64,000 bases of DNA from Paraphysomonas bandaiensis (Eukaryota; Protista; Chrysophyceae), in assembly GCA_965644295.1 (NCBI GenBank), contig CBFFRP010000442.1, forward strand, positions 86,941 to 150,940, read 5' to 3'. The position numbers and the translations under genes were made by a program. Positions 33,953 through 45,723 of this stretch are shown piece after piece; positions within the stretch are counted from its first letter, which is position 1, and every line of letters starts with the position of its first letter. Below the pieces are notes generated by a model that worked only from the letters and a program-made list of their open reading frames with translations, was not told the origin of the DNA and did no database searches.

Positions 33953-35404
33953 ATGACTTCATCTACCAGTGCTGATGTGGTGATAGTGGGGGCCGGCTTA
34001 TCAGGCATAGGCGCGGCTTATTTTTTACAGCGTAACTGTCGCGATAAGCGTTATATCATACTGGAGTCGCGGGATGCCATCGGCGGCACATGGGATCTAT
34101 TCAGATATCCAGGAATACGATCTGACTCCTCGATGTACACCTTCGGCTACTCGTTCAAGCCCTGGATTGGAAAGAAGTATATCTCTGATGGGCCCTCTAT
34201 CTTAAGTTACATTCACTCGACAGCGTCTCAATATAGCATTATGAGTAACATCAAACACGGATACTCAGTGCAAACTGCAAGTTGGGATTCCAATGATTCG
34301 CGGTGGCATTTAACTGCTCTGAATAAAGCTGGGAATATTGTACACTTTGATTGTAGCTTTCTATTCATGTGTACTGGGTATTATGACTACCAGAAGGGAT
34401 ATACACCAGAATTTCCAGGTTATAGCAGGTACAAAGGTATTCTGGTGCACCCTCAGCAGTGGCCATCTGACCTTAACTATGATAATAAGGAGATTGTGGT
34501 AGTGGGATCTGGAGCAACTGCTGTTACTTTAGTGCCTGAGTTGGCTAAGAGAGCCAAACATGTGACAATGCTACAGCGGTCACCTACTTATATTGCAGCC
34601 CTGCCATCAGAAGATTCTTTTGCTAATAGGCTGTATCGTATGTTGCCCGAGAGTATTGCTTTCTTGGTGATTAGGTGGCGCAGCATTATTAGGCACTATC
34701 TCAGCTACTGGTACACTCGGAAAAATCCTCTCAAAGTCAAAGCCATGATAATTGATGGAATTAAAGCTTATTTAGGGCCAGAGTTTGATGTGGATAAGCA
34801 CTTCACGCCAAAATATAACCCTTGGGACCAACGTTTTTGCTTGTGTCCTGATGGAGACTTTTTTGCTGCTCTCAAGAATAAGTCTGCATCAGTCGTCACG
34901 GACCACATCAGTACTTTCACTGAGACTGGAATTTCTTTGCAATCTGGCCAAGAATTGGAAGCAGATATAATTATAACAGCTACTGGTCTTAACTTGAAGA
35001 TACTTGGAGGGGTTAAATTTACAGTTGACGGTATGAGATTGGACACCTCACAGTGCTACATGTATAAAGGAGCCTTATTCAGTGGAGTTCCAAACCTTGC
35101 TTGGTCAATGGGATATACGAACGCGTCATACACCCTCAAGTGTGACCTAACGTGCGAGTATGTGACTCGTATTTTAAACTTAATGGACAGGAATGGATAC
35201 AGGTCTTGTACGCCAACACCTTTGGGACCCCCAATGCCTCAACGTCCTTTGCTGGACCTGACTTCCAACTATATTATCAGGAGCATGGAAATGTATCCGA
35301 AGCAAGGGAACCGCTTTCCATGGAGATATAATAACAACTACTTTAGAGACGTTCTTATCATGCGATATTATCCATTAAGGGACAAGGAATTAGTCTTTGC
35401 GTAA
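33953..35404 (+). CDS. Flavin-containing / Baeyer-Villiger monooxygenase, EthA/AlmA-like
   Basis: VGAGLSG (FAD), GGTWDLFRYPGIRSDS, fingerprint YKGILVHPQQWP, VGSGATA (NADPH), MLQRSPTY. Intronless. Confidence 0.93.
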   Translation: MTSSTSADVVIVGAGLSGIGAAYFLQRNCRDKRYIILESRDAIGGTWDLFRYPGIRSDSSMYTFGYSFKPWIGKKYISDGPSILSYIHSTASQYSIMSNIKHGYSVQTASWDSNDSRWHLTALNKAGNIVHFDCSFLFMCTGYYDYQKGYTPEFPGYSRYKGILVHPQQWPSDLNYDNKEIVVVGSGATAVTLVPELAKRAKHVTMLQRSPTYIAALPSEDSFANRLYRMLPESIAFLVIRWRSIIRHYLSYWYTRKNPLKVKAMIIDGIKAYLGPEFDVDKHFTPKYNPWDQRFCLCPDGDFFAALKNKSASVVTDHISTFTETGISLQSGQELEADIIITATGLNLKILGGVKFTVDGMRLDTSQCYMYKGALFSGVPNLAWSMGYTNASYTLKCDLTCEYVTRILNLMDRNGYRSCTPTPLGPPMPQRPLLDLTSNYIIRSMEMYPKQGNRFPWRYNNNYFRDVLIMRYYPLRDKELVFA

Positions 35405-36156
35405 CAGACTTACCAAAACTGGAATGTAACATTTCATTGTGAAAAGTATCGTGATGACTCCCAGTGATTTCTATTTCAGAATACACGACTCACAACATAA
35501 CAGCATACTGATTTGAATACTTTTTACAGGTAATAAGCGTTTTGCTAGGTGATAATGCAATAGTGAAACAAAATGAAATCTTGTTCATTCAATTTTGTTA
35601 TTAGAATGTTCGCGCTTATACATAGAAAAAGCAGTGACACAAGTTGTAAACAATAAAGAAGGTACCGAATTTCTTAAATTAATACGTATTATCCACCCAA
35701 TGGAAGGATTCGAAAACTGTATAACAAATACACTGAGCTATAGTATTATTAGATTTGTCCCATTTCGACATTAAGGACATAGTGTAGGGATAGCTGGTTC
35801 AATCATCAAGCAACGCATTAATATCTAGATTCGCTGACTCTATGCAGTCGTCCACCATCCCGCCAGCTTATACACAACATACTCAGATGTGAGGGCTACT
35901 TTACCGTCTATGCCCCCCCCCACCCTCCCGTGACAACGAACACGCGTGACCATTAAAATATTGAAATTACCTACCAGAAAATAAAATCGTGTCGATAGGC
36001 TATCCCTTCCCTTGACATCTATATATACTTATTTCAAATTTGTCCTAACGTGACCTACATGCGTATGTCGTAGGACAGATAAGGCACTGACTTAGAACTC
36101 CTCTCTCTCTGAAAACGAATCGTATTGCCAATAGATCGGGGCTGCATGTCAATTAC

Positions 36157-36468
36157 TTTCTGTTTACACCTAATGGGTGCCTTAATGTGGTCAAATTGCA
36201 TTAATTGAAATTGTCAATCATAACTGCAATTGACTCCAGCTAGCTTCAATTAATTGATTAAAAAATACTCATAAGTTCCTTGTCCCGCCAATATTGGGCT
36301 AGCGTCCGATGAGTACAGAAGGTTATATTGGGTCAGCTGACTCTTTCATTCCCACTCTTGTGCCTAGAAAGTAGAACAGGTATGAATACCGTAGGAGAGT
36401 AGTGTGTGTAGAATCGTAGAATCAGTACAATTTCTGTTTACACCTAATGGGTGCCTTAAAGTGGTCAA
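36157..36468. repeat. 38-bp direct repeat pair 274 bp apart
   Basis: TTTCTGTTTACACCTAATGGGTGCCTTAA(T/A)GTGGTCAA at 36157 and 36431. Confidence 0.85.
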
Positions 36469-37248
36469 TATGCGACAAGTAGGATTCTGTTGAGTTCTTA
36501 GCAGATCCTGCTACTGACATATATACAATGTATGATGTAATTCACGGCTTGATGCATTCAACAAACCTACTCTACACATACCGAATAAGGAATCACTATT
36601 CGATAAACAAGCAAGAAGGGATCATCAGGTGTGTATTAAAAAGTGGTCTACTTTCTCATGGTGTATGACTCCTTCTTAGAAGAGTGTATCAAAGAAAGCC
36701 GCAAGTGCATTTTCTACCTTTAGAATCCTTCCGCTACTCACACTGGCTAGAAGCTGTTGCGATGCGTACTGATTCATTGATTTGTGAAACAAATGGAGCT
36801 TTCGACAGAAGCGCTCTATTTAAAAGCGAATACACGAACTGGCGATGAGAAGAATCCCATCTAGCAGAGCATTGTTATAAACTGTACACAACACTAGCAC
36901 TGCACACTATACCATACACAGTACCTCTGGGCCGTATCTTGCGGCTCCAGATTTTTCTGCCTCCTTCTTGTTTCATGAAACTACAGTGGACTACTGTATC
37001 TACAGCACATTTTCACCGAAACTTTCACAAAAATTACGCAGCAAAATCGGATTCTGTGCACAAAAATCATTTTTTTACATTTAAAATTCCGAATTTCTGG
37101 ATTTGGCGGAGCATTTATTTCGGTTACTCACAAGTGACTGAAGATACGCACACACAGCGCAACAGACGCAAGCAGCACTGCAAGAGCACGATAGTAATCC
37201 AATCACTGCCTTCAGGTGCTGCTGTGACAGGAGGGTGCAACTTAAAAC

Positions 37249-38010
37249 ATGGGAGGTGGAATTGCAAGTCATATGCACGCTACTGATCTAAATGATGCTG
37301 AGCTCCTTCAGTTACTGGCTATTTGTGCTCATGATGTTTACACTTTCAGTGGAGAATATCTCGCCGACAAGTTGACTTTGGAATACAATGAAATAGAAGA
37401 CGGAGCCAACGAGAATGAAATACAATTCGGAGTGTATACGATCAAATCGACGAGCACTGATAAAGCGGGACAAAAAATAATGGCATTCCGAGGAAGGAAC
37501 ACACTGAAAACAACGCGACAATTGAGAGATTTCGCATCAGGAGGACAGTACATTCGATCTGTTCTAGAAATTGCGTGTAGCATGACACAAAAACATGGTG
37601 TTCAATGGGTATGTGGACATAGTTTAGGCGGAGCCTTTGCTGAATGTGTATGCTCAAAGCATGGAATCGGTGGTGCCGCTTTCAACACATGGGGGCCATA
37701 TTCATCCTCTCAACCATACAGCTTATTGCTCGGCAATGCATTTACAGGAGTACCTTTCGAAGTTCACCTCACCTCGGCAGACCCAATGATGCAGTACTGG
37801 AACGACCGCCACATCTCAGCACCGAAATGGCACCACCATATGGGAGAAGGCATTAGCGAGGATTCTGCCGCCAAGATGAGTAGAATACGCAGCCAAATCA
37901 ATCAGGAATCTCCACCAGAAGATTTAGACAACGCTTTGAACAGTGAGGATGGTAAAGAGTTGTATAAAATTCACTCCATGGATGAAATGGTGAAACAATT
38001 CGTTCAGTAA
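37249..38010 (+). CDS. Alpha/beta-hydrolase, lipase class 3-like
   Basis: IMAFRG, nucleophile elbow CGHSLGG, AAFN, candidate catalytic D (ADP) and H (IHSMD). Intronless. Confidence 0.8.
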   Translation: MGGGIASHMHATDLNDAELLQLLAICAHDVYTFSGEYLADKLTLEYNEIEDGANENEIQFGVYTIKSTSTDKAGQKIMAFRGRNTLKTTRQLRDFASGGQYIRSVLEIACSMTQKHGVQWVCGHSLGGAFAECVCSKHGIGGAAFNTWGPYSSSQPYSLLLGNAFTGVPFEVHLTSADPMMQYWNDRHISAPKWHHHMGEGISEDSAAKMSRIRSQINQESPPEDLDNALNSEDGKELYKIHSMDEMVKQFVQ

Positions 38011-38369
38011 TTCTCCGTCGCAGCCAGTCTAGTGTTTTACTTCATAGCAGTTCCATTAGGTGCACATGATGTATACCATGGTTCCCATTGTTACCTTGTT
38101 ACATGAAATGTATAATGTACTACAATTATTATTGGCTCTAGAAGTTGCCTTGGCAAGCTTGTAATGATCTGTAGTGGTGTTGGAACACTGTATCACTACA
38201 TAATTTCACCAAGCTTCGCAGGTTGTAGTCAACTATAATTGCAATTATTACTTGATGTCCCTATAAATTGAATTTCGATTACTTGTAATAAATTGATACT
38301 AGCTGCAAACACAGCTTGCTCAGCTGTAATTTCATTCCAGAGGCGACAATTCATGCTTAAAAACATAGT

Positions 38370-38820
38370 GAATGTCTTATTAGTAGCGATAGGTGTTTAA
38401 AGGTCTTATTATTATTAGCAATAGTCTTTAAGAATCAGCACCAGTTTAGTAGCTAGAAGAAAACTAGTCAAGCTAGATAGACGTCTACCTGTAACTAACT
38501 AGTACAAACTCTATATATCCTACTATTTAACGCTGTGGAGGCTGCTTGTGTGTCACCGCAAGCACCAAGGTACAACCACTTTCACTCAAAGCAAATGTAG
38601 TGAGCAAAAAACGTTTATATACCTATATACTATATACCTGACATCTACTGACTTCAGGAGTTTTGATGAATGAAGGTGACCAGCCCAGATGCCTGACTTC
38701 AGCATGCAGCCCAGTACCCCGGATGCCTTTGAGATGAGCCCATTCCCGAATGAAATATATCCGGTACTTATCACCCATAACACCACTAAAAGGTGCGAGT
38801 CCGACTTTGTTGAGGGGACT
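38370..38820 (-). mobile_element. Unclassified dispersed repeat, copy E
   Basis: Collinear with 10080-10620 and with 43060-43590 (reverse). Confidence 0.8.
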
Positions 38821-39183
38821 TACACCTTAGACAACGTATACGGTGCAGATAGTGTTACTATCTTAAATGTCCTTAATAGTAATAATGTAATACTACCCAA
38901 GAGTATGGAGGGAGTAATGCATGCAGTATGCAGTCATTCAATCTGTACTTCGTACCAGTGACTGAAATTAGTTCCTTGTATTGAAAGCCATCCTTCCAAT
39001 ACTCAAGATATTCGTTTTCCATCTTGCACTTTAACTTTCCCTAGCAATATATTTTACAAGAGAAAGTATCATCTAAATTAAAAAGAATGATAGAAAATAA
39101 AACACCAAATAATATAGAAGTCAGATTAGCAAAGAAATGGAATACGCTTCGCACCGCAAAGAGATATGTTGAGATTCAGTGAC

Positions 39184-39341
39184 CACGGCACGAGCGCAAC
39201 AATTAATTGTAATTGCAATTTAATTGCATGGAATATATGTAATAATTGCAATTATATTTGCGCGAGCTATAACTAATAATAGCAATTTAATTTCTCAAAA
39301 ATATTTGCAATTAAATTGCAATTAATTGTTACGCCGCCCTG
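39184..39341. mobile_element. MITE-like element, hAT-type TIR, left end decayed
   Basis: GCGCAACAATTAATTG ... CAATTAATTGTTACGCCGCCCTG with AATTGC internal repeats. Confidence 0.6.
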
Positions 39342-39470
39342 ATTGCTTGATAAAATCAACTCTGTCACCACACTAGGGCATGCCCTAGAAATGGAGCAAG
39401 GTTATATGCTAAATTGAGCACTGTGTACAGAGATTTTATAACCTCTGCGAGTTTAGTTGCTATTAATTAA

Positions 39471-40444
39471 TTACTTCTTTCCAGTGGCCATATGCTTGGC
39501 AATGCTGTCTACAATATCAGAGACTAGCAAACGCTGTGTGTAAAAATCAAGAAACTCTCCATCAGGGCCAATCAGGTATAGTACAATAGAGTGATCAACC
39601 AGGTATTCCTCCTCCACATCGTCATTATCATCAACCTGCATTATAATTCCATAATGTCAATTTTCGATTGGATATTCCACACTTGTATAAACACACCTTA
39701 CTGAAATACACACGAAACGCTCTTGTAGCCTCTGCAATTTGATCCTTTGTTCCAGTCAAAAAACTAAAACTCTTGTGGAAATCTGATAACATCAATCAAG
39801 TTGATATACATGTATGTCGCAAATATATACCTTGGCTATAATGCTTCAGCTGCCCAATTGTATCTCTCGCTGGGTCAACTGAAATAAATACAGGTTTCAA
39901 AGTGCCTAGTTTTCTTCGTTCTGCGCATGAATATTAAGGAGGTATGAGCCACAGAAGTAGAAACTATACCAACTTCGTCCATGACCTTTCCAACCTTAAC
40001 AAGTTCACTTGGACAGATATCAGGGCAGTGAGTAAAACCGAAATAAAGTAACATATATTTTCCTCTAAACGAGGCGTCAGTGACGGGAAGACCATCTTGG
40101 TCGAACATCACAAATGGGCCTCCAAGAGCAGGCTTCCCAACAGATGTCACGTCCGTAACAGCTGAAATGATAAAGAGTTAATACGCTTCTAGTAATACCA
40201 CAACTGCACCTTGATTCTTCCTCTTCTCTTTCTCGATCTCAAAATATGCAACTGTTCCACCGCAAAGCAATGCCAATAGGCCTAAACTCGGCCATGATAT
40301 GAGGACCTGTTGTTGACGCTCACCGCCATACGAAAACATTCTCGCCTGAGTCAGACTCATATGAGGGCATCCCACACGGCGCTGTGCCTTCACATGCCCT
40401 AAGACTTTTGTTCTGTTAATTCGCTGAAGTCCTCTGTAGAACAT
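39471..40444 (-). CDS. SCO1: Cytochrome c oxidase copper chaperone SCO1/SenC, multi-exon
   Basis: Mitochondrial-type presequence and TM, LGGPF, YFGFTHCPDICP (CxxxC), FISVDPARD, YLVDHSIVLYLIGPDG. About five short introns. Confidence 0.93.
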
Positions 40445-40809
40445 TCCTTCGTCCTATTGGGTTATATGATGTTTGGGAATGGTACACAGTACAATGGAGC
40501 ACTCTGTAGCATGCAGACCCATATACACTGCCTTGCACTCTGCTGGGCTGCTGTATACAGATAACAATACCATGAAATACACGGTAGCACCATCCATAGC
40601 AGCAGTGTATTCCAGAATTGTACCGCATTTTGTTCACAATTCTCAAAAGTGTGCATAGAAATAGGTGTATTTTTCGAAAAGTAGCAGTTGTGGCCGGCAT
40701 ATCCCTGCATAAATAGCATATGATGACTATAGAACTGCATATATATATATATCGCACTGTCTTCATAGTTAGAGACCCGCACGCCTTATTGTAAGGTGAT
40801 ATAGTTGAG

Positions 40810-42549
40810 ATGGAGTCGAAGGAGGGACGAGTTCTCCCGGATGATATCGATTGCTTTGAGTGGCTGGGAGAGGTGGGGATGGAGCAGTACACTGAAACGT
40901 TTTTAGCTAATTTTACTTACGGCGGGAAGTTCCTGTCGAGGAAGCGATTGAGTCAAGTCCGAATGAAGGACTTCCCGAAAATGAATATAACTAACTTTCA
41001 TCACCAAAAAATTCTCCACAAACACATAAAATTAACCCTCCAGCACGAATATTCGAACCCCGGCAGAAGAAAAGAGTCCAAGATACTCTCACCGTTCAAG
41101 GCTGCAGAGTGTAAGATCATCAAACGAGATTTCAAGGATAAACAAGAGAGTAATGGAGATATGAAGCCAACACCTGAGCTTACCGGTGTAGTTCGAACTA
41201 ATAAAGAGGCAGAGCCAAAGAAACGATCCTCTCGTCCAACCATTAGGAAGCGTAACTCTTTTGATGCGAAGGCCTGGGAATCAATTAATAAGCTCCGGGG
41301 GGAGGGGACCAAGAATGCAGATCATCTTAGAGGAGCAGTTACTTATGAAGTGAGTAGATGTTTTTCTCGTGGATTATGCATATGACATGTATTGTTCGTT
41401 CTTCCGCGACTGATTTTAGAAAATTACCCACTTTTAGTGTTCATATTGCTGTTGTTTTATTGTTTTGCCGTGCAGCATGAGAACAAGACAGATGGAAAGA
41501 ATCCAAGAAGGGTGATTCGACGGCGCTCAACGTTCGATGGTTTACCCTCGTTAATCAAGGATAGCAGCAGCAAAGGGAAGCTGTATGGCAACATGGTATG
41601 TGTGTTCGAATGTGTATTAAGTCGTGTATTACGCTAGGTCTATGGTGGGTTTCAAGGAATATTTGTGTACCGTAATTATGATATGATAACGATTGCATCT
41701 TATACCGTCGAGAGATAATCTGCTTTGTTTGTAGGCTCAGCAGTTTAACATTCTCCAGAGTAAAATGCTTCAGATCCAAGAGCGACACTTGCAGAACATC
41801 AAGGAGACGGTGGGTTGTGATATTGTCAGCCTGCTGTTTTTCAATGATCAAACGCGAGAGTTGATGCTCTGCATCAACGACAGATGGTACAGAGTCCCGT
41901 GTGAGAGTGGGTTGGCAGGGTGGTGTGTAATCACCGGTGAGACCCTCAATATACCGGATGCATATCAAGATCACCGCTTCAATGAGTAATGTACCTGTAT
42001 AGCTGTCTGACTTATTTGATTGATGTATACAGAAATATTGACAAGGCGACTGGATATCGTACGAAAACGATCCTGTGTTGTCCGCTGCGTGCAAACCGTG
42101 GCGGTGGTAAGGTCGTTGGAGTAATTGAGCTTATTAACAAGAATAATGGGGAATTGTTTGATTCCAACGATGAGGACCTCTTAAGCCAAATGGTTAACCA
42201 TATTACTGACGATATGGCTACCGAGTTTGCGGAGCTGCTTGATTTGAATAGCGCTATTTCAACATTCGCCTCTCCGATACTTCCTAGTGATATTGGAGAT
42301 TCCACGAAAAAGAGGTATGCAGGCGCTACTGGTTCCACGAGAGCGTACGATAACCTTGTGAAAACAACCAAGAAATATTTAGAGGAGAGATCGGAGAGCG
42401 GTGAACCGTCGCCTTCCATCAGACTGGGATCAGATGCTACTCGTTTGGAGAGTGAAAGGGAACGTAGAGACCGACGGAAAAACTTTGGGGACAAGTTGAA
42501 CCAGGAAATTGAAGCCAACCCTGAATTATTGCACGTACGCAAGGGATAA
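40810..42549 (+). CDS. SAM-domain plus GAF-domain protein, 4 exons
   Basis: N-terminal SAM-like FEWLGEVGMEQYTETF...MNITNFHHQKIL. PDE-type GAF GLAGWCVITGETLNIPDAYQDHRFN..IDKATGYRTKTILCCPL..GVIELINK..FDSNDE. Confidence 0.82.
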
Positions 42550-43059
42550 ATTCGTCAGCATGGCAGTTAATATTAGATTTGCATCAATATGGCGCTATTT
42601 TCACATTTAGATATTGTTGAAGTAGTGTATGCGAGTCTAAGAGTATGCAATGCAAAGCAGTCATGATTGCTTGCATATTATATAGTTAGTATATTGTCTA
42701 AAACAGAAACAATTATTTTAATAAATTAATTATTTTAATTATAAACTACTGCCAAGGTAATCCTTGTTGAGTTTTAGCATTATGTGTTATGTTGCAGAAA
42801 TGGGTGGTTTAATGAGCCACTATGATACAAGATACAAGGAGAGGGTGACGTATGTAGGAATATGAGATAAGAAGTAGCTAGTTGTTTTACTTAGGACAAA
42901 TAACATGAGTATTAAAGCCAGATATTTATATACTTGTCCAATACAGTGTATTATTCTCTAACCCTGGTATACATAATATATATATATATTATATATTACA
43001 TATATAGATATATATATTATTCCTGTCATATATATATACTCTCCGATTAGGGTTATGTC

Positions 43060-43590
43060 ATATGTGTCTATCACGAAAGTGCCTGCCGCACAGACTATCC
43101 AGTCTCTCCCTCTCAACAAAGTTGGACTCACACCTTTTCGTGGTGTTCTGAAGGATAAGCACCGGAGATATTTCTCCTGGAAACTAACGTGAGCCGCAAA
43201 CATAGACTGCAGATAGTTTTCTGCCCACTCATATAGCTCATAGCCGAAAGCTTGTGTAGACGTCTTTAGGCCCTGAGGAACAAACAGGCATCCGGGAATA
43301 CGCCCATCTCAAGGGCGGGGTATTGGGCTGCGTGCTGAAGTCAAGCATCTGGGCTGTTCACCTTGAGGACCCAAAAATCCTGAAGTCAGCAGATGTCAGG
43401 TATATCAACATTCTGATTGCTCACTGCGTTTGCTTTGAGTGATAGAGAGAGATAGTGACGCACAAGCAGCTTTTGGTAGCGTTAAATAGTAGGATATCAG
43501 AGTTAAGCACTGGTTATTTCAATTGTTTTCCTAAATTGGTTCTGACTCTTACACGCCTATTGCTAATGATCAGACACTCGCTGCTATTTA
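43060..43590 (+). mobile_element. Unclassified dispersed repeat, copy F (longest)
   Basis: Reverse-complement match to copies at 10080-10620 and 38370-38820. Confidence 0.8.
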
Positions 43591-44402
43591 ATAATCCATT
43601 TACATAATAATACAAAGGTCAAGATTAATAGTTGTAGCTTTTATAGTGTAGGGGAAAAAGTATTTATTGGTTGTAGTGATGCTAAGTGTCCGACTTTGTT
43701 GAGAGATTATTAAATATATATATGATTGTTATTCCACTAAACCAATGTCCAATACACTGGAGCTGTCTGTATCGCCTGCAAGGCAGAGTCATTCGCTTGT
43801 TTTTTCTCCTTATTGTATGTATACTGCTTCAATGCTCGAAGGTCTTGAATAGGCGCCCAATTAATAGTTGAATAAATTTTTGTATTTTACTGTACTTTAA
43901 TCTATGAGTTAGAACTGTTCATATTGTATTCAATTGCGAAACATGTTCAATTGTCTTCGTCATTTCTACTGCGAAAATCCAATTTTTGCGGTAAGAATCG
44001 AAGATTGATGAAAAACTATAATATCTACAGGATAATCTCACATAATAATTCATTTAAATAATTGGCGATATGAGCAATAAAATGGTACCTGAAGTCAATG
44101 CACTAGTGTTCTTTTAGAAAATAAGTAATAATACCGAAGAGGTTACAATGCTTTCAATGAATTGATACGCAGCCTGGTCTTCGTAACCTTCTATTCAAGT
44201 AGATAGCGCAGTACCTAGAGGTTTCTGGAGAGGAAACTGGTATGTGACTGATAGGCTGTTTCTATAATTATTTTTAGGGAAATATTATGACACAACATAT
44301 CCAATATTTAATATCATATTTTCCGCATGAACTATACTCTCTACTGCAATTACACTAATTTCGAGACAGTTCGGCAATACTAAACCAATATAACTCTAAT
44401 AA

Positions 44403-45328
44403 CTACCGATCACTGCTTGCCTCTGACAAGTTCTCCAACTTCGTAATTTTATCGTAAGCGTTTTCAAGCTTTTCTTCCAAATCAACTATCAACTTATCCT
44501 GTTTGTCGTCAAAATATTACGCAGCCTCAGCAGAAGTAATATAAATATACCTTTAGTTCATCCATCGCTTGTAGATGGGTAACATTAGAGTCCTTCAACA
44601 GTCTGGCACACCAGGCATTGAGTCAAATTAAAGCTCATAGCTAAAAGACATATATACCTTTTAAGATTAGTGTTCTCTTGCTGCAGGTGATTTATTCGAT
44701 CAGCCATCTTTACATTATCCTGAGCTCATATATCACTGATAGAAGAGGGCAACACCAACAGAACAAACCTTTAAAATATCTTCACTATTTTTCAGACAAC
44801 ATTCCTGGCGTATCCTATTTATTATAATCAGCTATCGCATTCAATAACTACATCGATACTACATTTCCATTGTCGCGATACTTGTCGCCTTCACCTCTGC
44901 AACAGCTGAGGCATCTCTTAATGCGTTAATAAGAGTATCAGACGAGTCTGACGTTCTATCTAATAAAATTTCAGCAAAGTCGTGCATTTCCTTGAGTTCA
45001 GACTGCATCTCGCCCAGTTTCACACTCAACTCAACTTTCTGCTTTACTGCCTCGCTGAGTTCAGTTTCAAGTCGCATACATCGCTCTTCCATTGCCTTCA
45101 GCGCTTCGCCCTTATCGTCATCAATCTTTCGCTTTCGAGAGCCACTTAAAATATCAGTAATTTCATCCATAGCATGAATTTGACGGAATCTAATGATGCA
45201 GCAACAATCACTCACTGGATTAAATATATCCATCACCCACTCCGATCTGTATCGGCATCCTGTGTATATTTTTGTTTAAAGATGCCTCAATTATTGAGAC
45301 AACAATTACCTGTATTCCAGCCGTACAT
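44403..45328 (-). CDS. Hypothetical coiled-coil protein, multi-exon; model approximate
   Basis: Putative ATG 45328, heptad-rich ORF 44859..45236 with NLS-like SRKRK, further short exons to a TAG at 44403. Confidence 0.6.
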
Positions 45329-45723
45329 TGTATTGTAGTAATGTAGAGTATATTGGCTTCAATTTAGTTCCGAAAAATAAGATGCTGACTGCAGATACGT
45401 CGAAAGATTACAACAGTAAAAACTGAAAATGTTATCGTTTTAAGATCTCATCCCTACCTTGTCCGGCAGTTACAGCAGTCATGTTATGTATGGTAGTCTA
45501 CGCTGTCTGTATACACTGTATATGGTGGTGTGTTAGAGGGCGTAGTGTAGAGTATACGGTAGATCTATATGATAAGGTTCTGCTGCTATGTAGCAGTGGA
45601 CGTATATACTGTACTGGTATGGTATACTAGAAGAAGAAGCAGAGAGTAACGCCCAACACCACCTCACATATATATAACTCCACACTATACACACACCACA
45701 TACACTAGATATCGATCGCAGCC

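Noticed and set aside
32281-40444. COX14-like and SCO1 as a functional complex IV cluster
   Set aside because: Seven kb apart with unrelated genes between; proximity is probably chance.
42764-43060. Solo LTR starting TGTTGAGTTTT
   Set aside because: The start resembles the Copia relic, but no clear end or TSD was found.
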